Positions 30,984-40,346 of a DNA stretch of 64,000 nucleotides are shown in pieces (the stretch's first letter is position 1; every line of letters starts with the position of its first letter). Made by a program: the position numbers and the translations under genes. The stretch is from Gemmatimonadales bacterium (GTDB taxonomy: Bacteria > Gemmatimonadota > Gemmatimonadetes > Gemmatimonadales > GWC2-71-9), in the NCBI GenBank assembly GCA_039794085.1, contig JBDIWC010000021.1:1-64000 (forward strand), read 5' to 3'. The notes beneath the pieces were generated by a model that saw only the letters and a list, made by a program, of their open reading frames with translations, was not told the DNA's origin and ran no database searches.

Positions 30984-32492
30984 TTGGGGTGTGGAACAGG
31001 AGGTCGCAGGTTTATTTCAGCGGTTGAGCAGGCCCGGTTGCGGCTCTCCAGGGACACCGACGCGAAGAAGAAATCGCAGTTTGGACAGTTCCTGACGCCG
31101 GCGGGAACGGCCACCTTCATGGCCGGGCTGTTTCCCCCCGGCGAGGGAACCTGCCGCCTGCTTGATGCTGGCGCAGGCATCGGCTCGCTTTCCGCGGCCT
31201 TTCTGGACCGGTGGCGTTCCGGCGGTCTTCGATTCCGGCGCGTCGAGCTCGATGCATTTGAGATCGATGGCTCCTTGCACACCCACCTGGCTCAGACGTT
31301 GTCCCGGTACCAATGCGACGCGTTTCAGGCAAAGGTCCATGGTGACGACTTCATAGACCTCGCCGTGGATGCGCTTTCCGGCGGTCTGTTCTCGAAGGCA
31401 CTGCCGCCGCTCAGCCATGCCATTCTCAATCCACCCTACAAGAAGATAAGCAGCACCTCGGCGCACCGGCTGGCACTGCGCCGCGTCGGTATCGAGACCG
31501 TGAACCTCTACTCCGCATTTGTCGCGCTCGCCGTGGCGCTGGTTGCGCCAGGCGGGCAGATCGTTGCGATCATTCCACGCAGCTTCTGCAATGGGCCCTA
31601 TTACCGTCCCTTTCGTGATTTCGTTCTGGAGCGTGCCGCCATTCGGCACCTGCACCTTTTCGCGTCGCGCAACAAGGCCTTCCGGGATGATGCGGTTCTT
31701 CAGGAGAACCTCATTGTCCGTCTTGAGCGCGGTAGGCCGCAAGGGCCGGTGACGGTGTCGACGTCGACCGACGACACGTTCTCCGACCTTGTCAGCCATC
31801 AACATCCTTTCGAGAGGATCGTGTTTCCGGATGATTCGGGGCGGTTCATTCATGTGCCCGCGTCTCCCGGGAAGAATGCCATTGAACTGTCCGAGGCTGT
31901 CCGGTTCACGCTGACCGACCTCGGCGTCAAGGTGTCGACCGGGCCGGTGGTCGATTTCAGAGTCAAGGAGCATCTGCGGGATATGCCCGGGTCGAGGACC
32001 GCCCCTCTCCTCTATCCCGTCCATTTCGTTGACGGGAAAATCACCTGGCCCATCGAGGATATGAAGAAGCCCAACGCCATCGAGCGGAATGGCGAAACGG
32101 AGAAGTGGCTGTATCCGTGCGGCTATTACTGCGTGGTGCGGCGCTTCTCGTCCAAAGAGGAAAGGCGCCGGGTCGTGGCGAGCGTGGTTGAACCCGAGGC
32201 GTTCGGTCACGTGCCCGTGTTGGGTTTCGAAAACCACCTGAACGTGTTCCACCTCGACAGACACGGTTTGCCGCGCGCCCTGGCCCATGGCTTGGCCCTG
32301 TTCCTGAATACCACCGCCGTCGACGAGGCTTTCCGTCGTTTCAATGGTCACACCCAGGTGAACGCCACGGACCTGAAGCTGATGAAATACCCCAGCCGCG
32401 AGGTGCTGACTCAGCTGGGTGAGTGGGCCATCCAGCAGGAGGGGCTCACGCAGGCCGTGATTGACGACAAGTTCCGGGCCGTGGCCGCATGA
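30984..32492 (+). CDS. N6-adenine DNA methyltransferase, BsuBI/PstI-like (gamma class); start uncertain
   Basis: GQFLTP, LLDAGAGIG, ILNPPY, NLYSAF, FENHLN, GHTQVNATDL. Confidence 0.88.
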   Translation: MGCGTGGRRFISAVEQARLRLSRDTDAKKKSQFGQFLTPAGTATFMAGLFPPGEGTCRLLDAGAGIGSLSAAFLDRWRSGGLRFRRVELDAFEIDGSLHTHLAQTLSRYQCDAFQAKVHGDDFIDLAVDALSGGLFSKALPPLSHAILNPPYKKISSTSAHRLALRRVGIETVNLYSAFVALAVALVAPGGQIVAIIPRSFCNGPYYRPFRDFVLERAAIRHLHLFASRNKAFRDDAVLQENLIVRLERGRPQGPVTVSTSTDDTFSDLVSHQHPFERIVFPDDSGRFIHVPASPGKNAIELSEAVRFTLTDLGVKVSTGPVVDFRVKEHLRDMPGSRTAPLLYPVHFVDGKITWPIEDMKKPNAIERNGETEKWLYPCGYYCVVRRFSSKEERRRVVASVVEPEAFGHVPVLGFENHLNVFHLDRHGLPRALAHGLALFLNTTAVDEAFRRFNGHTQVNATDLKLMKYPSREVLTQLGEWAIQQEGLTQAVIDDKFRAVAA

Positions 32493-33448
32493 GAACCAGC
32501 AAAAAGAGCCGGCAAATCAAGGCGGCCCGTCAGGTCCTCATTGCGCTTGGGCTTCCTCGTGCGCAACAGAATGAGCGTTCCGCACTGTGTCTCCTGGCGC
32601 TCCTCAATCTCACGCCCGGGAAGCCGTGGGCGCAGGCAGAGAATCCGCTCCTTGGCATTACCCCCATCGTGGATTGGGTCCGTGAACACCATGCCAAGGA
32701 GTATGCACCGAATACGCGCGAAACCGTCCGGCGCCAGACCATGCATCAGTTCTGCGATGCGGGTATCGCACTGTACAACCCGGACCAGCCCGAACGCCCG
32801 GTGAACAGCCCCAAAGCCGTGTATCGGATCGAGCCTGCGGCTTTGTCCTTGCTTCGCACTGTCGCCACGCCCGCATGGCATGACGCGCTGAACAACTACC
32901 TGGCCACGCGTGAAACGCTGATCGCCCGGTATGCCAAGGAGCGGGAGCAGAACCGGATCCCGGTGACGATTGCTCCGGGGAAAGAGATCACCCTCAGTCC
33001 CGGCGAACACAGCGCACTGATTCGGGCAATAGTCGAGGAGTTTGCCCCGCGTTTCGCGCCTGCCAGCGTTCTGGTCTACGTGGGAGACACGGCCGACAAG
33101 TGGGGGTATTTCGATGCTCCCCTGCTGGATGAGCTGGGTGTCCATGTGGAGTCACATGGCAAGATGCCGGATGTCATCCTGCACTACACGGCGAAGAACT
33201 GGTTGCTGCTGGTTGAGTCGGTCACGAGCCATGGGCCGGTCGACGGCAAGCGACACGCCGAGCTCGCCAATCTGTTCGCCGACTCGACCGCCGGGCTGGT
33301 CTATGTGACCGCCTTCCCGAGTCGCGCAATGATGAGCCGGTACCTTGGGGACATCGCATGGGAAACCGAGGTGTGGGTCGCGGACGCACCGTCCCACCTG
33401 ATTCACTTCAATGGCGCGCGTTTCCTGGGCCCTTACAATGATCAATGA
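32489..33448 (+). CDS. BsuBI/PstI-family type II restriction endonuclease
   Basis: YAPNTRETVRRQTMHQF, LSPGEHS, HGKMPDV..ESVTSHGP, IAWETEVW, HLIHFNG.RFLGPY. Confidence 0.88.
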   Translation: MRTSKKSRQIKAARQVLIALGLPRAQQNERSALCLLALLNLTPGKPWAQAENPLLGITPIVDWVREHHAKEYAPNTRETVRRQTMHQFCDAGIALYNPDQPERPVNSPKAVYRIEPAALSLLRTVATPAWHDALNNYLATRETLIARYAKEREQNRIPVTIAPGKEITLSPGEHSALIRAIVEEFAPRFAPASVLVYVGDTADKWGYFDAPLLDELGVHVESHGKMPDVILHYTAKNWLLLVESVTSHGPVDGKRHAELANLFADSTAGLVYVTAFPSRAMMSRYLGDIAWETEVWVADAPSHLIHFNGARFLGPYNDQ

Positions 33449-33464
33449 TCAATGATCAATGACC

Positions 33465-33650
33465 CTGTCATCGCGAGGCGGCGCATTTGCCACAGGCCCT
33501 TCGGGCCTTCGCAACAGGGGCCGCCGTGGCGATCTTGCTGTGGGGTGCGCCGCCCGTAGTGAAGGGGGTGAATCCCGAAGGGATTCCGTTGTCATAGCCC
33601 AGGGTCGGCGCGCACCGCCCACCCTGGGTTCCGGAAGGTCAGCGGGGTCA
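33465..33650 (+). repeat. Direct repeat of about 186 bp, copy 1
   Basis: Near-identical to 34592-34778. Confidence 0.92.
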
Positions 33651-33799
33651 CGCGGGATGAATCCCGCGCGATGCATCTTCGGTGACCGGCGCTGAAGCGC
33701 CAAGCCCCCCGCCGGATTGGTTGGTCACCCGGGGTTCGTCTTGCCCTTCAGGGCATTCACGCGCAGCGTGCATCGCGTCGGTTTCAACCGACGTGAACG
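33648..33799. repeat. Palindrome-rich element, inverted relative to 37559-37724
   Basis: Two blocks of about 60 bp are reverse complements of blocks in 37559-37724. Confidence 0.9.
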
Positions 33800-33875
33800 C
33801 CGGGCCCCTCTGCTGCTGCCTTGACATCGTAGTGCTCTCCAGCGATCTTACTGGTAAGCACCCCCTGGAGGTTCC

Positions 33876-34139
33876 ATGACCGTTGCCGCCACCACGACCC
33901 TCTCCTCCAAGGGGCAGGTCGTCATCCCCGAAGAGATTCGCGTCCGTCTCGGCCTCAAACCGGGGGCCCAGTTCGTGGTGCTCGGTGACCGGGATGTCGT
34001 CATTTTCAAGGTGCTCGAGCCCCCGGCTCTGGAGGACTTCGACGCCCTCGTCGGTCGGGCTCGTCGGGTGGCGAGGGAGACGGGGCTGAAGCGGGCCGAC
34101 ATCGCGAAGGCTGTCGCGAAGGTGCGCCGCCCCCGGTGA
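33876..34139 (+). CDS. AbrB/MazE/SpoVT-family antitoxin
   Basis: SSKGQVVIP.EIR..LGLKPG; overlaps the PIN gene; palindrome CTTACTGGTAAG upstream. Confidence 0.85.
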   Translation: MTVAATTTLSSKGQVVIPEEIRVRLGLKPGAQFVVLGDRDVVIFKVLEPPALEDFDALVGRARRVARETGLKRADIAKAVAKVRRPR

Positions 34140-34543
34140 AGCTGGTTCTTGACACCAATGTTTTGGTCTCCGGTGTGTTCTTTGGGGGTGTCCCTGGTCG
34201 CATCCTGGCTGCTTGGGCCGAGGGGAGTATGGTGCTGGTGCTGTCCCCGGAGATCCTGGAGGAATACCAGCGGGTGGGTACCGAGTTGGCGCGCCGCCAT
34301 GCCGAACGAGCCGAAGTGCTGGAACCGGTTCTGGCGCTCATCGCGGCGAACGCCACGATGGTGAATGCGACACCCTTGGCGGAGCAGGTATCCGAAGACC
34401 CCGCCGATGACATGTTCCTGGCTGCGGCACGGACCGCACGCGCCCAACTCATCGTCTCCGGCGACCGGCACCTCCTTCGAGTCTCCGGATGGTCCGGAAT
34501 CACGGTCCTGACGCCGCGCCAGTTTCTGGATCGACACCTGTAG
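34136..34543 (+). CDS. PIN-domain toxin
   Basis: VLDTNVLVS, DP.DD.FL..A, IVSGDRHLL. Confidence 0.88.
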   Translation: MKLVLDTNVLVSGVFFGGVPGRILAAWAEGSMVLVLSPEILEEYQRVGTELARRHAERAEVLEPVLALIAANATMVNATPLAEQVSEDPADDMFLAAARTARAQLIVSGDRHLLRVSGWSGITVLTPRQFLDRHL

Positions 34544-34544
34544 G

Positions 34545-35146
34545 GGCCGATCTGCCCTTCGGGGCATTCTGGCCGGTCCTGATCGGGGGATCTGTCATCG
34601 CGAGGCGGCGCATTTGCCACAGGCCCTTCGGGTCTTCGCAACAGGGGCCGCCGTGGCGATCTTGCTGTGGGGTGCGCCGCCCGCAGTGAAGGGGGTGAAT
34701 CCCGAAGGGATTCCGTTGTCATAGCCCAGGGTCGGCGCGTAGCGCCCACCCTGGGTTCCGGAAGGTCAGCGGGGTCACAACCCCAACGGGGTTGCGTGTC
34801 CCGCCCCTTCGGGGCATTCTGGCCAGGTCCTGATCGGGGGATCTGTCATCGCGAGGCGGCGCATTTGCCACAGGCCCTTCGGGCCTTCGCAACAGGGACG
34901 CCGTGGCGATCTCGTGGGCGGAGGCTCGGAGCGCAAGAAGAATGGATGGCCTTCACGCCTGAGCCCAGGCGGTGTGGTTCCGGCGGGATGGCCACGCCTA
35001 TGTCTCGTCAGGCCGGCATGGGCTCACGGGATTGCCACGGGCCCTGCGGGCCCTCGCAATGACGGCCGCCGTGGCGATCCGGGCCCTCGCAATGACAGCA
35101 CGGAGGGTTTCCCCTTCGAACTTCAAACTTCGAACTTCAAACTTCT
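34545..35146. repeat. Repeat mosaic: direct-repeat copy 2 (34592-34778), a full TGTCAT...ATGAC element (about 34843-35063) and TTCRAAC heptamers (35115-35145)
   Basis: Direct comparison with the other copies in the window. Confidence 0.88.
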
Positions 35147-35219
35147 CCCCCCCCCGCCCTTGCAAAACTCCCGGTTTCTCTCCCCATCCCCGGCGGGGAT
35201 ATTCACACTGACGCCACTG

Positions 35220-35277
35220 TAAACCATTGAATAACATGGCGTTACGGTGTTGGCGTCCGGTCTGGTACGATGGTTGC
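35220..35277 (+). promoter_or_regulatory. sigma54 promoter of pilA with an upstream IHF-like site
   Basis: TGGTAC-N5-TTGC (GG-N10-GC) at 35263-35277; 35220-35232 reads ATTCAATGGTTTA on the minus strand, one mismatch to WATCAANNNNTTR. Confidence 0.7.
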
Positions 35278-35393
35278 CTTACCCCATCCCGGTGACGGTA
35301 GGGGCACGATGCCCCGGGCCCCGACACCGTGCAGACGCAGGTGAAGCGTCACCTTCACCATCACGCAGTACCACAACTCCAAGGGGAGGCAGC

Positions 35394-35792
35394 ATGTACA
35401 AGAATCGCAAGGGTTTCACCCTCATCGAACTCCTGATCGTCGTGGTCATCATCGGTATTCTGGCCGCGATCGCGATCCCGAAGTTCGCCAACACCAAGGA
35501 GAAGGCGATCATCGCGGGGATGAAGTCCGATCTCCGGAACATGGTCACCGCGCAGGAAGCGTACTTCTCCGACTGTAATGCCTACGCGGGTGACATTGCG
35601 GCCACGCAGGTCTGCGGAACATCGGCAGCGTTCGTTCCTACCGCAGGCAATGTGCTCGGGACCGCCGTAAGCGGAACCGGGTGGAACGCGACAGCGACCA
35701 ACCCTGCCACTACGAAGACCTGCGCGATTTACGGAAACGGAGCCCCGGCTCTCGCTCCGGCCACCGCCGAGGGTGCGCCGGCCTGCTCCTGA
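35394..35792 (+). CDS. pilA: Major type IVa pilin
   Basis: KG|FTLIELLIVVVIIGILAAIAIP; AGGGGAGG RBS; C-terminal Cys. Confidence 0.9.
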   Translation: MYKNRKGFTLIELLIVVVIIGILAAIAIPKFANTKEKAIIAGMKSDLRNMVTAQEAYFSDCNAYAGDIAATQVCGTSAAFVPTAGNVLGTAVSGTGWNATATNPATTKTCAIYGNGAPALAPATAEGAPACS

Positions 35793-35902
35793 TTTTTGGC
35801 CAGCGGCTAGCATCCAGCTGATGCGAACAGGGGCGGTGGTCTGAACGGACCCCGCCCCTCTCGCATCACCACCCCACACTCACTTTTCCGGATTTCCGCC
35901 CC

Positions 35903-37270
35903 GTGCGCATTCTCCTGGTTGACGATGACGCGGCTCTCCGCCGCCCCCTCTCCCTCCTCCTCGAAGAGGCGGGACATGAGGTGGTGACCGAGACCGACGG
36001 GGAAGCGGGACTCGCCCGGGCCCTCCGCGACACCTTCGACGCCCTCCTCTGCGACATCCAGCTCCCCCGGCTCGACGGGATGACCCTCCTCCGCCGCTAC
36101 AGGGAGGCCGAGGGCAGGGGGATCGTGATCATGATCAGCGCCTTCGGATCCGAGGAGGAGGCCCTGAAGGCGATCCGCGAAGGGGCTTGGGACTACATCC
36201 GGAAACCGTTCGTGGTCGATGAGGTCCTCCGCGCCCTGGCCAAGGCCGAGGCCCGGGCGGAACAGACCCGGATTGAATATGGGGAGGGGTCACGGGACCC
36301 GGTGCGCACGATCTTTGTCGGCGAAAGCGCCGAGATGCGGCGGGTGCTCGCCCTGCTGCGGCACGCGGCGTCCCGGGAGCTGCCGGTGCTGGTGAGCGGA
36401 GAAGCAGGCACCGGCAAGGAGTTCGTGGCGCGGACCATCCACCGGCAGAGCGCCCGCCCCGACGCCCCCTTCCTGACCATCGCCTGCGACGCGATTCCCG
36501 GTCCTCTCCTCGCCGCCGAGCTCTTCGGAGACCGGCACGGGGCGGCGGCAAAAGGTGCGGGGGGGGGAGATCGCACTGCGGGCATCGTGGCCCGGGCGGC
36601 ATCCGCGGGAGGGGGGGGAGGGACCATCTACCTCGGCTCCGCCGATGCCCTCGACGCCGCAATACAGACGGATCTCCTGAGGGTACTCTCCAGTGGGGGA
36701 TCCGAAGGGAACGGGAGCATCCACTCGGCAGGACCGATCCGCTGGGTGGCGGGCTCCGACATCCCCCTCGAGTGGCTGGTGCAGGAGCGGAAGTTCAACG
36801 CCGAGCTCTTTGCGGCGCTGGACGGGATCCGGATCACCCTCCCGCCGCTCCGCGAACGCCGGGAGGACATCCCGATGCTGGTGGCCAATTTCGCCCACCG
36901 GATCGCGACCCGGAACGGTCGCTCGGTGGGGGTGACCCCCTCGGCGCTCCACGCCCTGGTGCGGCACGACTGGCCCGGGAACATCCGCCAGTTGCGCCAG
37001 GTGCTGGAACGGGCCGGCACCCTTTCCCCCTCCGGGGAGATCGGGGTGGATGACCTGCAGCTCGGTCTGGAGACCAATGGCGTGCCGGACGGGATGCCGG
37101 TGGGCGGGTTCGCGCTCCGGCCCCAAGTGGAGGCGGTGGAACGGGACATGATCACCCGGGCGCTGACGGCCTGCCAGGGGAACCGGAAACAGGCGGCCAA
37201 GCTGCTGCGGGTGAGCGTCCGGACGCTGTTCTACAAGCTGAACCGGCTGGGCATGGAAACAGAAGTTTGA
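35903..37270 (+). CDS. NtrC-like response regulator with a degenerate AAA+ domain
   Basis: REC and HTH intact, Walker A GEAGTGKE present; GAFTGA, Walker B and R-finger motifs lost. Confidence 0.8.
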   Translation: MRILLVDDDAALRRPLSLLLEEAGHEVVTETDGEAGLARALRDTFDALLCDIQLPRLDGMTLLRRYREAEGRGIVIMISAFGSEEEALKAIREGAWDYIRKPFVVDEVLRALAKAEARAEQTRIEYGEGSRDPVRTIFVGESAEMRRVLALLRHAASRELPVLVSGEAGTGKEFVARTIHRQSARPDAPFLTIACDAIPGPLLAAELFGDRHGAAAKGAGGGDRTAGIVARAASAGGGGGTIYLGSADALDAAIQTDLLRVLSSGGSEGNGSIHSAGPIRWVAGSDIPLEWLVQERKFNAELFAALDGIRITLPPLRERREDIPMLVANFAHRIATRNGRSVGVTPSALHALVRHDWPGNIRQLRQVLERAGTLSPSGEIGVDDLQLGLETNGVPDGMPVGGFALRPQVEAVERDMITRALTACQGNRKQAAKLLRVSVRTLFYKLNRLGMETEV

Positions 37271-37845
37271 AGTTCGAAGTTTGAAGTTTGAAGGTGGTGG
37301 ATGCCGTAGGGGCGAATTACATTCGCCCATGGGTGGTTACCGTAGGGGCGAATCACCGCCTGGGCATCGGGAACCATCCTGTGCACGCGGTCATCCCGAG
37401 CCGCAGGCGAGGGATCTGAGACGGTGGCGGGTGTACTTCCCGTCGTCCGGATTCGGATGCCAGGAAACGCACCCGGTCGCTGTCATTGCGAGGGCCCGCA
37501 GGGCCCGTGGCAATCCCGTGAGCCGATGCCGGCCTGCTGAGCCGGGGGTCCGGCCCTCCGTTCACGTCGGTTGAAACCGACGCGATGCACGCTGCGCGTG
37601 AATGCCCTGAAGGGCAATCCCCTCCCCAGCAGCTTCGGAAAAGTGGCAGTGCCTGCGTATGGTGGGGCTCGGCGCTTCAGCGCCGGTCACCGCAGGTGCA
37701 TCGCGCGGGATTCATCCCGCGTGATTTGGGCGCCGATGACAGTCATGGTCGCCAACGCAGCCGGCGGGGTGTAGGGGCCGTTCGCGAACGGCCCGTACAA
37801 CCATCCAGCCTTCTCAGATCCCTCGTTTCACTCGGGATGACGGTG
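37262..37845. repeat. Repeat mosaic: GAAGTTT heptamers, GTAGGGGCG REP-like hairpins, GTCATCCCGAG and TGTCATTGCGAG elements, inverted-repeat partner 37559-37724
   Basis: Direct comparison with the other copies. Confidence 0.85.
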
Positions 37846-37924
37846 GAGGCGGCGCTTCAGCTCCGGTTGCCCTTCCACCTCGATCTCGTTATCGTAATAC
37901 GATACTCGTATCGATGAGGCCGAC

Positions 37925-38131
37925 ATGTCCATTGTGACCGTCTCCCCCAAGTTTCAGGTCGTCATCCCCCTCGCCATCCGGGAGGCGATGGGGTTGGAGC
38001 CCGGCCAGAAGGTCCAGGCGCTCCAGTATCAGAACCGCATCGAGTTCATCCCGGTGCGGCCGATGCGGTCGATGCGGGGATTCCTCAAGGGGATCGACAC
38101 CACCGTTCGGCGGGACCGGGACCGGGTGTGA
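37925..38131 (+). CDS. AbrB/MazE-family antitoxin (VapB-like)
   Basis: VSPKFQVVIP..IRE.MGLEPG; AT-rich palindromes at 37891-37915. Confidence 0.85.
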   Translation: MSIVTVSPKFQVVIPLAIREAMGLEPGQKVQALQYQNRIEFIPVRPMRSMRGFLKGIDTTVRRDRDRV

Positions 38132-38514
38132 ACGTCGTCGATTCCTCTGCGTGGTTGGAGTACCTCGCCGCGGGGCCGCACGCGGCGCGGTTCGCCGCCG
38201 CCCTCGAAGCGGTGACGGAACTGCTGGTCCCCTCCATCGTGCTGGTCGAAGTCACACGCCGAGTGCTGCAGCAGCGAGGTGAGGACGCGGCCCTCCAGGT
38301 TGCCGCGTTGCTCCATCAGGGGCGCGTGATCGCGCTCGACAGCGGACTCGCCCTCAGCGCCGCCAAGCTCGGTGTCGAGCACCGGTTGCCTCTCGCGGAC
38401 AGCATCATCTACGCGACATCGCTGCAGTGGGATGCCACCCTGTGGACCATGGACTCCGACTTTGAGGGGCTACCCGGGGTGCGGTATGTGAGGAAAGCAG
38501 GGAATAGGGAGTAG
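38128..38514 (+). CDS. vapC: VapC-family PIN toxin
   Basis: VVDSSAWLEY, LADSIIYAT, LWTMDSDF. Confidence 0.88.
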   Translation: MNVVDSSAWLEYLAAGPHAARFAAALEAVTELLVPSIVLVEVTRRVLQQRGEDAALQVAALLHQGRVIALDSGLALSAAKLGVEHRLPLADSIIYATSLQWDATLWTMDSDFEGLPGVRYVRKAGNRE

Positions 38515-38736
38515 GCGCTAGGCGATAGGCGGTAGGGGCGATGTGTCATCATTGCGAGGGCCCGCAGGGCCCGTGGCAATCCCGTGAACCGGTGCCGACT
38601 CTATAAGACGTGAGGTTGGCCATCATGCCGGAACCCCACCGCCTGGGCTCAGGCGTGAAGGCCGGGCATCCTCTTTCCACGCATCCACTCGCGCACGAGA
38701 TCGCCACGGCGGCGTTGCCGCCTCGCGATGACAGCA
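38500..38736. repeat. Heptamers GGGAGTA grading into GGCGGTA, then a full palindromic element of about 190 bp
   Basis: Element resembles the reverse complement of about 34890-35063. Confidence 0.85.
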
Positions 38737-38826
38737 TCGGGCTTGCCCCCCCTCCCGGCGATTTCACGCCCCCGGCCGCGTTTTCAGGATCCCGCTGTAC
38801 CCGGAAGTCCCCGCTATCCTGGACCC

Positions 38827-39186
38827 ATGAACAACACCTCCGGGTTCACCGTTCTCGAAGTGGTCGCCGCCATCATCATCCTGGGCGTCGGCCTGCTCGG
38901 CGCCCTCGCCGGGCTGGTGGCGGGGCAGCGCCTCCAGAACCAGGGGGTTGCCCTCCGCCGCATGACCCTGACGATGCAGCAGCGGGTGGAACAGGTCCGT
39001 GCGGGCCTCAAGTCGGGGTGCACGGCCGGCAGCGGGAATACCGTTGGAAATGCGGGCAGCACCGAGCAGTGGACGGTGACGCCGGCCGGGGGGGGGAACG
39101 CCGTCGCCGTCATGGTGACCGTGGCCGTGCCGCAGGGCACCGCCACCTGGCGGGACTCTCTCCTGGCGGTGATGCGATGCCCGTGA
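38827..39186 (+). CDS. Minor pilin, PilV-like (set 1)
   Basis: SG|FTVLEVVAAIIIL prepilin motif. Confidence 0.75.
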   Translation: MNNTSGFTVLEVVAAIIILGVGLLGALAGLVAGQRLQNQGVALRRMTLTMQQRVEQVRAGLKSGCTAGSGNTVGNAGSTEQWTVTPAGGGNAVAVMVTVAVPQGTATWRDSLLAVMRCP

Positions 39187-40070
39187 AGGAGTCCCCCGCA
39201 AGGGCCTGGCCTATGGCCCGGCGAGGAGTGACCCTCATCGAGCTTATGGTGGCGGTGACACTGGCCGGCATCGTGGCCTCGGCGGCGGTCGGCGTGGCGG
39301 CGTCGGTACAGCGCCATGCCCAGCGGGTGGTGGAACGGGCCGCGTTGGAGGGAACCCTGCTGCAGGCGGCGCGGGTGGTGAACCTGGAATGGTCCACCGT
39401 CGCCTTCGACAGCGTCACGGCGGATCTGGTCGTGTCGGGAGACACGATCCGCTACCGGGCCTTCCGCGGCCTGGGAGTGGTGTGCGCCGTGGACCCTGCG
39501 GGGGGGGGAGTGATCCTCGACCGAGGCCAGGGCCGGATCCGTCAACTGCGGGATCCCTCCGATGGCAAGGACTCCCTCGCCCTGCTCTTCACCGGGGATT
39601 CGACCACGAGCACTGATGATTTCTGGGCATTGGTCCCGATCGTCGCTCCCCCCGCGGCTGCGCTGTGCCCCGGAGGCGGGTCGGGGCTTCTCGTTCCGAC
39701 CGGTCCCCTGGCGGGACTCGCCGTTGGCTTGCGGGCGGGGAGCCCGGCCGCCTGGTTCGAGGTCATGGAGTGGCGGGCCTACCGCAGTGGATCCCTCGAC
39801 TGGATGGGGGTGCGGTCGGTGTCGGGTGGGGAGGGAATTCAGCCCTTTCTCGGTCCCCTGCAATCGCGAACCGGGGGAGGGGGAGGGCCCGCCGGGATCA
39901 GCGCCCTTCTGCTCGATCCGCTCGGCGTTCCGACCAGCGCGGAGCCCTCCCTCATCGGGCTCGCGGTGCGGGGGCACACCAGCGGGAGTGTGGCCGCCGG
40001 AGGGTGGGCGTCCCACCATGTTTCCGTGGACAGCGTGGTCCCGATCATGACACCGAGGAACCGGCCGTGA
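39177..40070 (+). CDS. Minor pilin, PilW-like (set 1)
   Basis: RG|VTLIELMVAV; shares RA.RG.G..C and P.LGPL with 42306-43187. Confidence 0.75.
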   Translation: MPVKESPARAWPMARRGVTLIELMVAVTLAGIVASAAVGVAASVQRHAQRVVERAALEGTLLQAARVVNLEWSTVAFDSVTADLVVSGDTIRYRAFRGLGVVCAVDPAGGGVILDRGQGRIRQLRDPSDGKDSLALLFTGDSTTSTDDFWALVPIVAPPAAALCPGGGSGLLVPTGPLAGLAVGLRAGSPAAWFEVMEWRAYRSGSLDWMGVRSVSGGEGIQPFLGPLQSRTGGGGGPAGISALLLDPLGVPTSAEPSLIGLAVRGHTSGSVAAGGWASHHVSVDSVVPIMTPRNRP

Positions 40071-40346
40071 GGACAATGAACAATGAACAATGACCATTGA
40101 ACAATGAACAATGAACAATGAACAGTGAGCACGCGGAACACCCGGAGGCTGTCATCGCGAGGGCGGAACTGGCTGTCATTGCGAGGGCCCGCAGGGCCCG
40201 TGGCAATCCCGTGAGCCGATGTCGGCCCGACGCGACGCGAGGTCGGTCATCCTGCCGGAGACCTCCCGTTGCCACGACGGACCCGGGCGACGCATGCGTC
40301 GCCCCTACGAGATCGCCACGGCGGCGTTGCCGCCTCGCGATGACAG
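40071..40346. repeat. TGAACAA heptamers plus a composite palindromic element inside the pilin operon
   Basis: Read directly. Confidence 0.88.

Noticed and set aside
33449..35150. Possible CRISPR array
   Set aside because: Repeats are long, unevenly spaced and lack unique equal-length spacers; no cas genes.
35296..35330. Known riboswitch (c-di-GMP-I/II, guanidine-II) in the pilA leader
   Set aside because: Consensus elements not found; only one ACGA-like loop.
30736..38826. Possible integron cassette array (RM and TA cargo)
   Set aside because: No attC RYYYAAC...GTTRRRY ends seen, and the only tyrosine recombinase is a housekeeping XerC without the IntI insertion.
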